Source: Strigamia acuminata | Taxonomy: Eukaryota | Direction of reading: 5' to 3' | Assembly (NCBI GenBank): GCA_949358305.1 | Contig: OX442314.1 | Location: 11,780,001-11,844,000 of the forward strand | DNA: 64,000 bases | Shown: piece after piece, positions 40,701-54,347 of the stretch | Layout: the number at the start of each line of letters is the position of its first letter | How positions within the stretch are numbered: position 1 is the first letter of the stretch | Made by a program: the position numbers and the translations under genes | Notes under the pieces: model-generated | What the model was told of the DNA's origin: nothing | The model's input: the letters and a program-made list of their open reading frames with translations, nothing else | The model's database searches: none

Positions 40701-43700
40701 GCATAATAATTAGCCAACAACATTCCTTTGCCGACATGCTAAAACGGCTAAGGTCAGCCAATGTTGGCCTTGAGTTTTTGCAGGCGCAATTTTACCTCAT
40801 TATTTGGGGAAAATAAATAAATAAATAAATAAATTGTAATTTTTTGGTGAATTGAATAATTTTTTAAATAATTGTGTAATAAATCGTGTTTTCAATAAAT
40901 CGGATATCCTAATAGGGAATTCATTCATTTCATCTCGGTTTCCTCCTTTAGTGTTTATTCGCTATTCATAAAGCGCATTCACTTGAGGTGAATAATTGCT
41001 CAATAGAACCCGGATGAGGATTGAGAATGATGGGAAATAATCATTTGAAGTTTGAACTCACCGAGTTTATTGCCGCTTTTCCGTTTAACGCGAAGACATA
41101 TGGTTTTCGAGCGAATACACTGTGAATAAAGGGGAGAATTAGTTGTTTATTTTGATGTTGGTGGAATAGGTAAAACGGAGCAGAATTTACATAATTGCTT
41201 CGTGGTAATAAATATTGAATGAGGTCGCTTGAGTAAATAAATAATGGGGAATTTTATGTGGAAATTCACCTGATGAATGTGTGAAATGACTTCGGTATGA
41301 GAAGCGTTATCCAGTGATTTACCATTGACCTCCAAGATTTCATCGCCAACTTCCAGATCGGCTCGGTCTGCTGGTGATCCTAAAATAAAAGAAATTTAAA
41401 AAAAAAATAAGGAATTTTAAGAACATTTCCCAAAAAAACACAAAAAAAAAGAACATCAAAAATTATAAACAAAAAAATTTTAAAATATCCAGAAAAAATA
41501 CAAAGAATTAAAAAAAAAATTCAGATTTTCAAAAAAATATCCAAAATCCAAAAAATTTTTAAAATTTTAAAAAAATATCCAAAAATATTTCAAAAATCTC
41601 GAAAAATCCGAAAAATGTAACAAAATAACCCGCAAAATATCAAAAATATCAAAAAACCCAAAAAAAATTCCAATACCCAAAAAAGTTTAAAATCTCAAAA
41701 AAAAATCTCAAAAAGGCCGAAAATATTTTTAAAAAATCTCAAAAAAATCCGAAAAATAAATCAAGTAGTCCAAAAAATATCAAAAATATCTAAAAGTCCA
41801 AAAAATGCTCAAAACACAACAAAAATATCAAAAAATTCCCAAAAAAATGCAATTCCCTTAACCCGCACCTTCGCTCGAAATGTGACATTTTAACAGCCCC
41901 ATAAATTCCCATTAAAACACTTCACATTTCAAACGAAAACAATCACTACATTGACCCTTCGAAGTTAAGTTCCTTCAGTTGCTTTTCCACTCGCTATCCA
42001 ATAACATTTCCGGTGTTCTACGTCTGTTTTCGAAACACAAACCCCCGTCAGACCTCCCCATAAACATTCCACACTTTCCTTAAACATCTCCGATTGCACC
42101 CTCGCACAAATCTCAACAAAAAAAAAAAACACTTAAAAACATACACTTTCAAGTCTAAACTCACGTCCCTCACCCGAGCGTGACACAACAGACACTCCTC
42201 CTTGACCTAATCTGCACGAAAAACGTAAACAAAACAAAACGTGTGTCGTACGCGCATCATCAAAATCCCACCATCCATTTCGACAGCAAAACAATAAATC
42301 CCTTACCGTACAACTTGATTTTTTTATCCTTAATATTCTCCACCAAAATAATCACGTATCCACTCAGATCCACCATTTTGCCGGGTTGCGTAGGCATCAA
42401 TTGGACAGCCGCAGGAGAAGGAGTGATCGAGGCGCACAGAGCGAGATAGAGACGGATAGAGAAGAGATAGACGTCGCCTCGTCCTTCCCTGGGGCCAGCA
42501 GCGCCTACTGCCGCACCCCGGCCGCGCTCATTGCACGATTCGATCAACTGCTCGCACTTAATGTGTTTCTACGGGACCATTGATGCGTTTTCAGACCGCC
42601 AAATCGTGTTTTCGTTTCAAGTCTGTCCGCTAAATTGCATCAGAGGGAGCCACCGCGATGTGCGTTTCGACTGGAATCGAGGGCGATTTCAACTAGGTCG
42701 AATCTACGTCGCAAAGTGAAGCGCAATCAATTCAGGTGGTCTCACTTTGTGCAAATTTCATCCGTCATCCCTGCACTCAGCATCAAGGACGGTATCACGT
42801 GATCTCCCCCTCTCGGCGTAGTGGTCAAGGCTATTTTAACCAAAAAGGGTGCGACGGAGAGCGGTGAGTGGATTGGATGAATCAGCATCCTGTTGCCATG
42901 ACAATAGGTGACATAGAAACTCTCCAGTTGCATCAATTTCAATTAAAACGATCGCTTTGATCAACAAAACAAGATTTGTTGACATAGAACTACGTCTTTC
43001 TCCACGGGAGAATGGGAAAGGCGAAACACAATCGGAACAATCGGAAAAGCAAGCTTTTTTCCACATTAAGGAAAAATGGGACATTGTACGAATTGTTACT
43101 TTTGTTGACGTAGTTCTACGTTGTAGGAGCTCGATATCGCAACAGCCAATAGGAGGAGCGCCATACTTGCATTTGAAACAGACTTTACTGTGACCCTTTG
43201 ATTTTTTTTTAAGGTTTACCGGGTAAAATTTCGTCCAGACACGGTGAAAATCCTTCGTCGGTTCCGCCGATAACGGAAAAACCAAATCTGGTGTCGCCCG
43301 ATGTTAACGAAATCGTAATCTCCCGTAGATCGTCCTTGGGAGAAGGAGGAAAAAAAATTGAAATGTTTTATTTACTGAATAGATTATTTAAATTCGATTG
43401 TTACATCGGTCGACAGGTCGTTGAAATTATCATATTGATGTTTATTATAGCCGGGAATGAGATTGTATTCTTTGGATAAAGCTGATTTAACTCCGTTCAT
43501 ATCTAAGTAGCCATTCGTAGACGAAAGACTCGACTTATTGGCTCGAGGAAACGTTTGGAAAGATGATAAAGTACGTGAACTGGGCCAATCGTCTGTTTCC
43601 GTCTGAAAAATAAAATAAAATAAGATAAAATTATATTTAATAAAATTCTCAACAGATGGAAGCATCGTTCACACTATAAACTATTAACTCTGTGCTATTA

Positions 43701-43889
43701 ATCTTTGGATTAAGGTCGTTTAACTCTCAAAAGTAAAAAAACAATTGTTAAAAGTTCATCCCAATTTAAATAATGAAAAAATAAATAAGAAATGCTAATC
43801 AAATTCGACTAAAAGATGAATTTTTTACGTCTTGTTTGAGATAAAACAGACGAAAGAGGGGAAAGAAAAGATTAAAAATAACTTACCAT
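34786..43889 (-). CDS. MPP5: MAGUK p55 subfamily member 5 (PALS1/stardust)
   Basis: N-terminal PDZ (RFGFSVIGG...GDEILEVNG), [12 protein letters not shown] (ECR1), [20 protein letters not shown]27 domains, PDZ, SH3 ([22 protein letters not shown]) and GUK ([18 protein letters not shown]...EPQWVP). ATG in a one-codon exon at 43889-43887. Confidence 0.93.
39465..39630. repeat. Degenerate intronic repeat with inverted elements
   Basis: aaaacgcaattt(t/c)gagtc-like units occur about four times, plus gcgtttttacgc motifs at both ends. Confidence 0.55.
42307..42376 (-). CDS. MPP5: Alternative first coding exon of MPP5/stardust
   Basis: [30 protein letters not shown]. Same phase as the 43334-43220 exon and joins in frame to exon 41379-41270. 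Confidence 0.7.
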
Positions 43890-44833
43890 TTTTATCCCGA
43901 GGTTTAAAGCTTCCTTTGTATATTCTAAAATAAAAACAAAAATATTAAATTGCGTATCCTTTACCAGCAAAGCAATACAGGAAAAAACGTATTATTTGCT
44001 TCTTTCAATTCCAAACCTCCGCCCATGTTTTTCTATACAACTTTCTTAGAAAAAGAGTACAAACATTTCATACCGGATGAACATCAAACATCTGAATTAT
44101 TTCCATTACATCATCGTTATTTCACAGAAAATTAATCAAAAATAAACTGGGAAAACATCACATCACCTCAATATAGAAGAGGTCACGTTACACGTGGATT
44201 AAAAGTTAAAAACTATATAATAAAAAAAATAAAACAGAATAAAAGTTCATCCACCTTTGCTAACTTTCTCGTTTCTCGGTTTTAAAAGTTCAAGAACACG
44301 CCCTTTATAGCGAACTGCTACTGCTATAAAAACCCCAAACAATTTTTTTTTATGACATGATGTAAATCTTTGCCGTTTAATTTGGGTTCCCCGAAAACCA
44401 CCTCGCGCCAATTACCCGCACTAATATAAACCAAACACAAACTTGTATACTATAACTTGTAATCACGTGCGAGTGAAATTCTGGCGCAAACACAACCAAA
44501 TTGCGAGTTTCGAGTAGTTATTTTCGATTGTAAAGTTTAAAAAAATTGCAAACGTACCGCACGTTTCCCGTAGTTTCAAGTTCAACAGGTAAAAACTTTC
44601 CTACACTTCGGGCTTGGACATATCCACCTGCTTGAACCATGAACCAACACCTGCCTCCGGCCACGGATGTGACTGAATGCAATGCGCAGTGGACCTGTTA
44701 CTTGGCAAATTATTATCATAATTTATTCTAGTGAAAAATAGCTGCACTTTGCTTCACATTTTTCGAATTAATAAACAATTAAACAACAATAATTCGCGTG
44801 TTTTCATTCTTTCAATTTAAATAAAAACAAAAA

Positions 44834-45830
44834 ATGTCTATCTCGAAAATACATCCATCAAGGAGATCAATTGCCTCGCATAAATACGAAGAAGAGCAAG
44901 ATTCTCTCGCACTGAGCAAAAGAATTAATTTAAGTAAATTAAAACATTTCAAAAAAGTCCCGTTTTAAGTGTTTTAGTCGTGTCGTGTTGACCGGAAACG
45001 CCCAGTATGAGGCTTTTGTGTTGCGGGCATCGTACGGTAACTCTATTTTTTTTAATAAAATTTGTTTGTTTTAGGAATAAATGAACTTCAATATTTTCGA
45101 AACACCGTGAAAGGACGATATCAAAGTCTTTCTTTGCTATCACCGAGCTGTTGCCGGTACAGCGATGCAGCTCTGCAGTGTATAAACAATCTGCAGTAAG
45201 AAACCGGGAGTTAATTATTCGTAGTTTTTAGTGTTTTTAATTAATGAAAAATTTGCAGGTTGCAGCATGATGGTCATGTGCTTTCCCGTCCTTCGACTCA
45301 GAGACTTGTTTCTGATGTACTAATGAGAATTTCAAACACAAGATCTGCCACATTTCTGAGAAGATTAGAAAAAGTCAACAAAAAGCCGGAAGATGGTTTG
45401 AAATTTTAGAAAACAAAAATCAAAAATCAAGTTTAATTCGCTTTTCTAATTTCAAAGCTGCTTCGTTAGACTCGTCGTCTCGTGGGAGCAATACGTCAAG
45501 TAAAAAAATTTAATTAATCTTATTTACCGGTAATTAATTACTTAATTAATTTAGATTGTATTTTTCAGTTCCTCAAGATTCGAATTACAAGAAAAATAAA
45601 TCGGTGAAAACCGAAGCTGAATACCATTCGTACTCACAGGACCCAAATCAATTAGCATTTATTAAGCAAATTACAGCTGAAATGCAAAATGAAGTGACAA
45701 AAATAATAAACCAAAATGAAAAATCCAAAACTAACTTGAATTACTTTTGTTCTAGGTTCCGCTTCCGGTGATGAGTCTCGTGTACAAAGAAGTCCTTCCG
45801 ATTTTAAACGGGATTTTCCAAGGCTGGTGA
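44834..45830 (+). CDS. Uncharacterised multi-exon protein (5' end unresolved)
   Basis: Consecutive short exons with phase-compatible GT-AG junctions from ~44980 to TGA at 45828-45830 (INELQYFRNTVKGRYQSL...LQHDGHVLSRPSTQRL...VPLPVMSLVYKEVLPILNGIFQGW). The link to ATG 44834 is not resolved. Confidence 0.45.
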
Positions 45831-46366
45831 ACGATCAGAGAGTAAAATAAAGTCTTAATCGAGTTCACGAACATTTCAGATTATAAGAAGTTATTGAGTC
45901 ATAAACCTACGGAGCATTTTATGACGGATGACGCACGTAAACAGTCGATTGAAGTTGCTGCTTGCATTGAAGGTGTAACACCTTCGTAAGAGTAAACTTC
46001 GAACTTGTGTATATATACACACTCGTTAATTAAAGAAATAAATATCAAATTACAACGGATCACGTTGAAAAATCTTTTATTGCAAAAGCTGCCAGTCTCG
46101 CCATTATATAGAAAAATAATCAATTTCTTCATGTAAATTTACTAAAATACGAAAATACACGTAGAAAAATTTTTTTTGTGAGTATACAATCACATTAGTT
46201 GCATTTTTAAAGATTAAAAACAACCGAATAAATAATAAATTAAGTATTTTTTCCCTGTTAAAAAATATCTAAAAAATAAAAAATAATAATAATAATACAA
46301 CACAAAAATATACATCAACAAAAATATAAATAGTCAAAATAAAAAAAATCTCAAAATTACATAATC

Positions 46367-49156
46367 TCAAATATATTTCGTACGATACTGAACGCGTCTT
46401 TTGAACCTAAAATAGCGGAACAACATGACAACACACACGAGTGAAATTACGATGATTAAAAGCAAATGATAACCGAGTTCCATCGGAAGACTTTTATTGA
46501 ATGCCGAAATCCGACCACTCTTGGTGAAATAAGCAGAATAAAAAGTTGTTGTTGTTTTCGTTTGATTTTCTTTTTCCATCACTTTCTTTCCGTGAGTATT
46601 CGAAACATTCTTCTTGGAATCATCAAACGCGTGAGATTTGCTGTCGAATGCCTTATCAACTAAATTTTTCGGCGATTCAGCCTTTCGCACGTATTCGTCG
46701 TCTTCCTCCGGATGCAATTTCTTCCTCACATCGCCGAAATACAGCGGCCGAAACCCTCCACGAAGCGGATAAAGTTTATCGACGTTCCGATCGTTTATCG
46801 CTAGATTTCTCTGTTTATTCGGAATAAAAAGCGGCTCGTCGGGGTCATTTTCTTCCGATTCTTTCGCTCCAACGTCGTATTGACCTTCTGGTTTATTCAG
46901 TCGAAGATTGTGAAATTCTGGGGGTCCAGGATCGACCATGAATCGAACGTACATCGTCAAAGCGCACGCGGCAAGACCCGTCAATTGCATGTTACAATTT
47001 CCTAAAAATTAAAAAAAATAAAATTAATAATTAATTAAATTAATAATTATATTCACATTACCACTCGTATCTTTCAATAGTTTGCGCGTTGTTGCTTGTT
47101 GCGAATGTTGACTACGTTGTCGCTCAGCTTTGAGAATCTGTTGCCGCTCTTTGAAGTCCATCATTCGTTTCATTTGCTCGTGGATTGGATATTGATACAT
47201 ATATATGCGTTTTTCGCTGCTGTTGCCACCGATGTGCTTTTCTCTATCGAAAAAATATCCGTGGTCGTCGTCTTCCACTGTTTCCGCGGTCTCTTTCTGG
47301 GTTTCAAGTAAACTGCGCCGTTTAAGCGTTTTTATTTCGCCGTTTTCATGGTTTAATGGAATGTCGAAGTTCCGGTTTCCGACGATGTGTGGATTTTCGT
47401 TTGCACTGTGGACCACTTCGTGGACGTCGTTTTGGTTGTTGTGCAACATGTGAGCATGCGCTATTTCTTCCGCGCCTGATAACCTTAAGCGTTGGTGGAG
47501 TGGATTGGCAACGTTTGGATTTGCAATCTGAAGAAAAATAAATAATTTTTTTTTAAAAAATGTCAATTTTTTTAAATTTTTTAAAATAACTCGCTTTGTT
47601 TTGAGTGTGCACTGGATTTGCATAATCTACGTTAGAAAAATGAGGATTTGGAATAGGAAACCAAGCGTTTTGCTGTGGAAAATCGTTTGTTTCGTGCAGA
47701 ACGGGAGAATTTGCATTTTCCTGAGGTTTTATCCAGTTAAGATTTGCAAACCGATCGTTCGCACTCATTTCCTGCTGGTTAACACGTACAACTTGTGAAT
47801 TTGTATCTTGCAGCGGGTGTTTTAACGGATTAAAATTCTGTTTGTGATTAATTGGCTCTTCTTGTTGAACGATTAATCGACTAGGTAATTTCTTATAATT
47901 CTTATTAACAACAGCTTCCGTAACTGAAAATACAAATCAACCGTTTTTTATTTTTTTAAAAAAGCACACACGTGTGTATATAACCTTGTTCGCTGGCCCC
48001 TGAAATGCATCCATTCGAATTTTGCCACGTTAAAATCAAATCTAGCCACTCGTCAGTTAGAAATTGAAAAAAACCCAAACTAGGGCAGTTAAATTCTGTA
48101 AAAAAAAAAAATTATTTCCGCATTATTACTATTAAAAACATAAAATTCATAAAAAAAAGGAATATAATTACCAATTAAAAGGAAAAGATTTGCAAAACTC
48201 GGCTGAATACCATAAAACTCGACAGTTTTTAATAACTCATAATACGCATTGCTGCATAACTCTCGCTGTAATTGCTCCAAATTAGTTTTGGGCGTTAAAG
48301 ATGCCAGATAATCATCTACAGCACTCGCACAACCGACCTAAAAATGTAAAAAAAAATTGAACAATAGCTACAAAGTCGTAAAAACAATACTTTCTGATTT
48401 TTACTTGTTCAGCCAAAGCTGTATAAAAGATTTGATGCTGCAAACTGAACCCACGTTGGCCTTTTGCGCTCATCATTTGCAAACAATTCAAAGTCGTCGC
48501 GCATTTATGTCCATCTGGGTTGTTCGTTCCAGTTAATTCAGCACCGCAGATGTTTCTATCATCTTCCAATATTTCTACAACAGAATTTAACGCTTTTCAA
48601 ATTAAAAAAAAAATCATTTTCATGATTTAATTTCTAGAACCAACCTTTCGGTTTGTGCGCATTCGCGGGCACACTTAGCGTCAAATGAGTATTGATCAAA
48701 CGGTGGTTGTGTGAAGCCAGCCAAGGTTTCTCCACTTGATATCTCATGGAAGTAAAAGCTCGTCGATCAAATTCCAATAAATGTGGCACGGCCATGTTAG
48801 CCGTTTTCGTAGCTTCACCGGACAAATAGCGCAGTTGTGTCATCACATTGGCCGGCATCGAGCGATGTTTTCCTTCGTTATACTCCGCTAACAGCAGCTT
48901 GAGTTGTCCTAACAACAAACAATGCCATAAACGAGTGAATACGAACATTAAATCTCTCCTTTTACTCACCTTCGACGACCCGTAATCCAAAATGTGCTTC
49001 AAAATTCAAATTTTGATAATTTTTCTTAAAGTAATCTATCATATTAGCTAAAACATTTATAACTTCATTAAGGGAATGTTTTTTACTTAGAGCAAATGTG
49101 ATTAAAAAGCTATTTAAAATAGTAGAAAAGATGAGAATGGTCAATAGCTTAGCCAT
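46367..49156 (-). CDS. UPF0764 / C16orf89-like secreted-type protein with a long insertion and C-terminal TM segment
   Basis: Signal peptide; HFGLRVVEGQLK, CGAELTGT...CLQMMSAKGQRGFSLQHQIFY, EWLDLILTWQNSNGCI and GNCNMQLTGLAACAL follow the C16orf89 pattern. Confidence 0.75.
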
Positions 49157-49614
49157 AACCAAAAACGTGCGATTATTTTCCCAATCGGCCACCAGCAGGC
49201 GCTTCTCCCATAGGAAATATCTCACACTTCCCGAACAAGTTTCTTGTCTCGACCCAAATTAAGACACACAAACCGGTTTCATTTTCAAAGATTTTATTCC
49301 CTTACAGAATTAGAATTACAATTTAAATTAAAAAAAAAAAGAAAAAGAAAATTATATTCTTTTTTAAAGCAGCAAAGTTTGAACTATGTAATTAGAAACC
49401 TTCAAAAATTCATTTACATTGGGAGAAAACACAAAAATAAAGTTGCACTACTTATACAATAGTGAAGAAAAAATTCAGTTCACAAAAGTCTCGGTATAAA
49501 TGAAGCCTTTAAAAAAATTGGTGGAAACGTTTATCACTTTCAACAAGCAACTTAGGCCTTCTTTTTTTATTATTAATTTTTGTTTTTGTTGTAGATTTTG
49601 ATAAATTTCCAAAT

Positions 49615-51832
49615 TTAAATAGCATCGATATCCAGATCATCTTCATCATCTTTAGCATTTTTAGACCCGGAAACGATAGGTTTACTGCCTTGACTTTTAA
49701 CAGTATGCTGCGGTCGATCACTGTAAACAACCTATCGCAAATAAAAAGATGATTAATCCGTGGTTATTCGAGGTACATTCCACTCTAATTACTTCCACAT
49801 CCTCCTCTTCATCTCCAGATGACGATTCTTCTTCTTCAGCTTCTTCCAACCACTTAATAAAAACAGCTGCTCGGTCATGAATTTCTTGGCTTAACTCTTT
49901 AGAAACGTACTTCTTGGAAATCTATTTTTAAAAATAAAGTTAAAACACAAATGAATCATTTTTCCTTCAAAAATCAACGCATTTATGACTTTAAGCATCC
50001 CATTTAGTCCCAAATCAACGCAATTTCGACTTTTTGCATCATGTTTACATAAAAATATAACAATTTGCATCATATTTCGTTAAAAATCAATGCAATTTCG
50101 ACTTATCGCATCATATTTACATCAAAATATGACAATTTGTATGATATTTCGTCAAAAATCAATGCGATTTCGACTTTTCGCATCATATTTATATCAAAAT
50201 ATAACAATTTGAACGATATTTCGTCAAAAATCAACGTATTTATGACTTTTCGCATCATATTTACGTCGAATATTACGTTGTGCGATTGTAAATTGTAATA
50301 AAACACAAATTAGAATTACTTTTCTGGCCCAATCAAGAATTATTTCTTCTTCCAAAATATCGCTATCGTAAAAAGTTTTTAAAATGTGTGGAACTTTGCT
50401 CATCAAGCTCTCAGAATGCATCTTTACTAAAAGCTCAAATCCTCCCAAAAGGTATTTCTGGGCCTTATGATTTCCATGCGTAAACTAAAAAAAAAATAAA
50501 CCAGATTTTTTAAAACATCTAATAAATAAAAACACTGCTCAATTCAAAACATACTCGCAACAAAAGAATCCGGTACTGCTTAATTTGGTCCTTCATATTC
50601 TCGTTAAAAAGCAACTCGGAAAGCACAAGTACACTTTTATCTTTTATGTCCAATCTATCGGCTTCTGCGGCGATTTCCTTGTCGTAGCCATCCAACTTTC
50701 CATCAGCTTTTCTTTTCTATAAAAAAGAAAAAACAAAATTAAATTTACAAAATTTCGACCCTTCATCCGCCAATCAATTCACCTTGACAAAATTATAAAA
50801 AATATCCAAACGCTCTTGTTGGGTTTTTTCCAAATCATCGTTCAGCGTGATAACTTTAGCTCCATCAGTAAGCGCCTCCATGCGTTTGGCAACCGCGTCT
50901 TCACTCGTATCCACAGCCCAATCGTCATCGTCATCCTCGTGCTGCACTTTTTCTGTCTCCGGCGGCGGCGAGTTATCTGCATCTACATTCCATTCATTTA
51001 ATTTAATCACGTCCAGACACACCACAATTCTTTTTAACCTTTAGAGTCCTCCTTCCCCTTGCGCTTCGACTTATGCTTGTCCTTGTCCTTCGGAGTTGTT
51101 ATAGGAGCCACTACAACATTCGGATTTTGACCAACGTACGTAAATTTAGCTACATAAACGCAAAAAATTAGTACAAATCAATTTTTTTCCACCTTTTCAC
51201 TCACCCGGAGGATTTTTGACAATAAATGTGGTAAGCTTATGACGCATGTCGATTGGACCTTGATAACCACACGCAATACAATGCTGAGTGATAGATTGTT
51301 TCTTTGCATGAACGATCTAATACAAAAAAAGCCAAAATAAATTAATTATCGACGAATTTGCGCGTAAAAACAACAAATTTACGAGATGAGTTTCCGGATT
51401 ATCACATTCAGGGCATAAAACAAATTTTTTGATGAAGCCATCTAACAAATCTTGAAGTTTAGGAGCATCATGAGAACCGTTGACAATGTACCGATCGTTT
51501 TTTAAATCAAATTGAGTCTGGGCACCCAGTTCGCAACCAAAATATTTAGTCGGGTCTGAAATCCGATCAAAAAAATTAATTCGCTTCCTTTGAAAAGCAT
51601 TTTAATCATCAAAACTCACATGTTGCAGGTCTTTGAAGTGATTTTGCTATATCCACCATGTTTACTATAACGGTTTTAATGCCATTGCCTTTGCCTTCAA
51701 CCTGCAATAAAATTTCATTAACATCTGGCAACACATTTTATTAATCATCCGAAATACTTTGGCAATAAGGCGTGGCATTTTATAACGATAAAATTGGTCG
51801 GATACACTGCGGTTCACATTAAGACTACCCAT
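49615..51832 (-). CDS. EIF5: Eukaryotic translation initiation factor 5
   Basis: [47 protein letters not shown], and the W2 domain [13 protein letters not shown], ending DDLDIDAI*. Confidence 0.98.
49971..50270. repeat. Intronic 72-bp minisatellite, ~4 copies (eIF5 intron)
   Basis: aaatcaa-led unit starts at 50012, 50084, 50156 and 50228, with a partial copy upstream. Confidence 0.88.
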
Positions 51833-51851
51833 TTTGAATTGTAAAAATCAG

Positions 51852-52143
51852 TCACGATCTGAACGGCTGTAATTTCCTGTGACGGTTGCTTTGAAACTTG
51901 GTTGTTCTGTATTTAAAAAAAAAAAAAAAAAAAAAAAAAATTAAAATGTGTTAAAACAAGTAAAATATTCGTAATAAATACCTGTAACTTAGAGGTTGAT
52001 ACTTCCTGCTTGACAACATACACCTAATTGGATCTGAGCCCCCGGATGGCTCTATTTGCTTTCGAAAACTAGATGGATTTCCTCGGGATAACAGTTGCTC
52101 TGAAGAAAAGCAAACTACTTCGATCTTATAATAAATTCATGCT

Positions 52144-52182
<39 letters not shown>

Positions 52183-52551
52183 TTTACAATTTTAAAATTA
52201 AATTTTTACCGTTTCTTTTTACTTTTACTTTCTCATAATTTAATTTTTTTTTTTTTTTAAATTTTTTTTTAAATTTTAAAAGAAATTAAATATTTTAACT
52301 GGTGTTTGGTTACACCATGAATTTCATCTCTCAAACAAGTGGTGCCAAAAATAACGCAGTAAGCTTATCCATCACGATGCGTGTTCAGTTCGACCCAAAA
52401 TGGATGCCATGTTGAAAGAACGTAATAAGCCTAATGCAATTTCACGCGTTTCCGCTAGTGTTCGATTCTTGGGCGTCTTAGCCTGATATTTTTTTTGTGT
52501 TTTTAAATGTCAAGCAAATTTCCACTCACCGTTCCAGCTTAATAAAGTCAT
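51852..52551 (-). promoter_or_regulatory. Spliced 64-codon uORF in the eIF5 5' leader with two poor-context AUGs
   Basis: Exons 52551-52530, 52099-51982 and 51906-51852 give 195 nt in frame. AUG contexts are TAT-ATG-A (52551) and TGT-ATG-T (52019); the main start is AAA-ATG-G. Confidence 0.8.
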
Positions 52552-53054
52552 ATAAAAAGGTTTTCGCACGAGAGGACGGTGTGAAAACGTTGGAAACAAA
52601 AAATAAAACGTGTCACAGATGGTGACGAATTCTGGTGATGGAATTCACACCAAATCCACCAAGATCTGCAAACAACAAACTGCAATTACTAAATTGTTTC
52701 ATCGTTCGCATTCGCACATCGCTAAACCAGATTTTCCCCACAAAAATAACACATCAGAGTAAGAACTGACATAATCCTGCCGTCCTTCCTTACCTCCCTT
52801 TGCCAAATCAGCAGTCGGCTCTTGGCAGCCCCGCACAAAATATTCCTCTTTTACGCCATTGGTTCGAATGTGGAATAAAACATTTGCCGCGTATTGATTT
52901 ACTTTATATCTTACACAAAATTTCCCGTTTAATTTTAGAGATTAGTCTAGCCAACAAAATGTAGACAAATAATTTGAAATGGAAAATTATTTCAATATTT
53001 CTTGGATATTTCGTCATAACAGATGACGCAATCGCTTTCCTGAATCTATCCAAG

Positions 53055-54175
53055 ATGGCCTTCACGTGTGTGGCTTGCCGAGTGGATTTTACCGTCGCTG
53101 AGAAGCACCGGGAACACTATAAAACCGACTGGCATCGATACAATTTGAAGAGGAAAGTTGCCGAGTTGCTGCCAATCGACGAAAAGGAATTTAATCAACG
53201 GTTGTTAAGTCATTTGGAGCGAAAAACTGCGCCCAAAGACGAAGGAATTTCAATCTGCAATGTTTGCAAGAAACACTTTTCGTCGTCATTGACCTTCGAG
53301 AACCATTTAAAGTCGAAAAAACACCTTGAATTGGCCGCCAAAAAACCGGAAATCAATGCCGAATCTAAGAAATACGAGAACATTACGTCAAATGCCGAAT
53401 TCGACGACGAAGACGACGAAGAATGGGAAGATGTGGCCGAAGAAGCTGTATTGACCGTCGACGAATGTTTATTTTGTTCGTTTAAATCGGAAAATATCAT
53501 CGAGAACCTGAAACACATGACCGACAGTCACAGTTTCTTCATCCCCGATGTCGAATATCTAGCCGATTTGGAGGGACTCATTAAATATTTGGCCGAAAAG
53601 GTCAGTTGTGGCAATATGTGTTTGTGGTGCAACGAGAAGGGAAAAGCGTTCCACACCACGAAATCCGTCCAACGACACATGCTGGACAAGGGACACAACA
53701 AGATATACTTCGAAAGCGAGAGTTTATGCGAGTTTGCAGATTTCTACGATTATTCCGCGAGTCATCCGGATAATGGCGAGGAAAATGGGGACGAGGAGGT
53801 CAATATTGACGTTTTGGACGACGAGGGCTACGAATTGGTGCTGCCTTCGGGCGCGACGATTGGACACAGATCGCTAATGAGATATTACAAGTGGGTTGGA
53901 GCGGAAAATTTAATTCGAGATTGTTTTTAATCATTTTTTTTTTATTTTTTAGGCAAAATATTCCTCCACCTCGACCGGGACAACTTCGTTCGAAATTGGC
54001 GCCGGTGATGGCGCATTATCGAGCGTTGGGATGGAGCCACAGCCCGCACGAAATTGTGCAGAGGAATGCACGTGACGTTAAATATCTGCAAAATCTGCGC
54101 GCTAAACGGATGATGCAGCAAGGCATTCGAAACAATAAATTGCAGAAACACATTCACACGCAGAAAAGATGGTGA
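53055..54175 (+). CDS. ZNF622: Zinc finger protein 622 (Rei1/Reh1-like 60S maturation factor)
   Basis: FTCVAC...HYKTDWHRYNLKRKVA, CLFC...HMTDSHSFFIPD, ELVLPSGATIGHRSLMRYY. Exons 53055-53890 and 53953-54175. Confidence 0.95.
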
Positions 54176-54347
54176 TAACGAAATTAGTCACTATAATCTT
54201 GTAAAAAAAACCGATTAAAACGCTTTTTTTTACAATTACAATGTGTTTTTTCTTTAATTCAACGTGATTAATAATATACAACTCGGATTTTGATTGATCA
54301 CAACTTGGAAGTGAGTGGAAATGACGTAGTGTTCGATTGATTAACGT

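Noticed and set aside
41400..41850. A-rich quasi-periodic tract in a stardust intron
   Set aside because: Low-complexity sequence with no stable unit or termini.
49971..50270. Regularly spaced repeats suggestive of a CRISPR array (also 9991-10152, 18561-18706)
   Set aside because: Whole units repeat without unique spacers, the context is a eukaryotic intron, and there are no cas genes.
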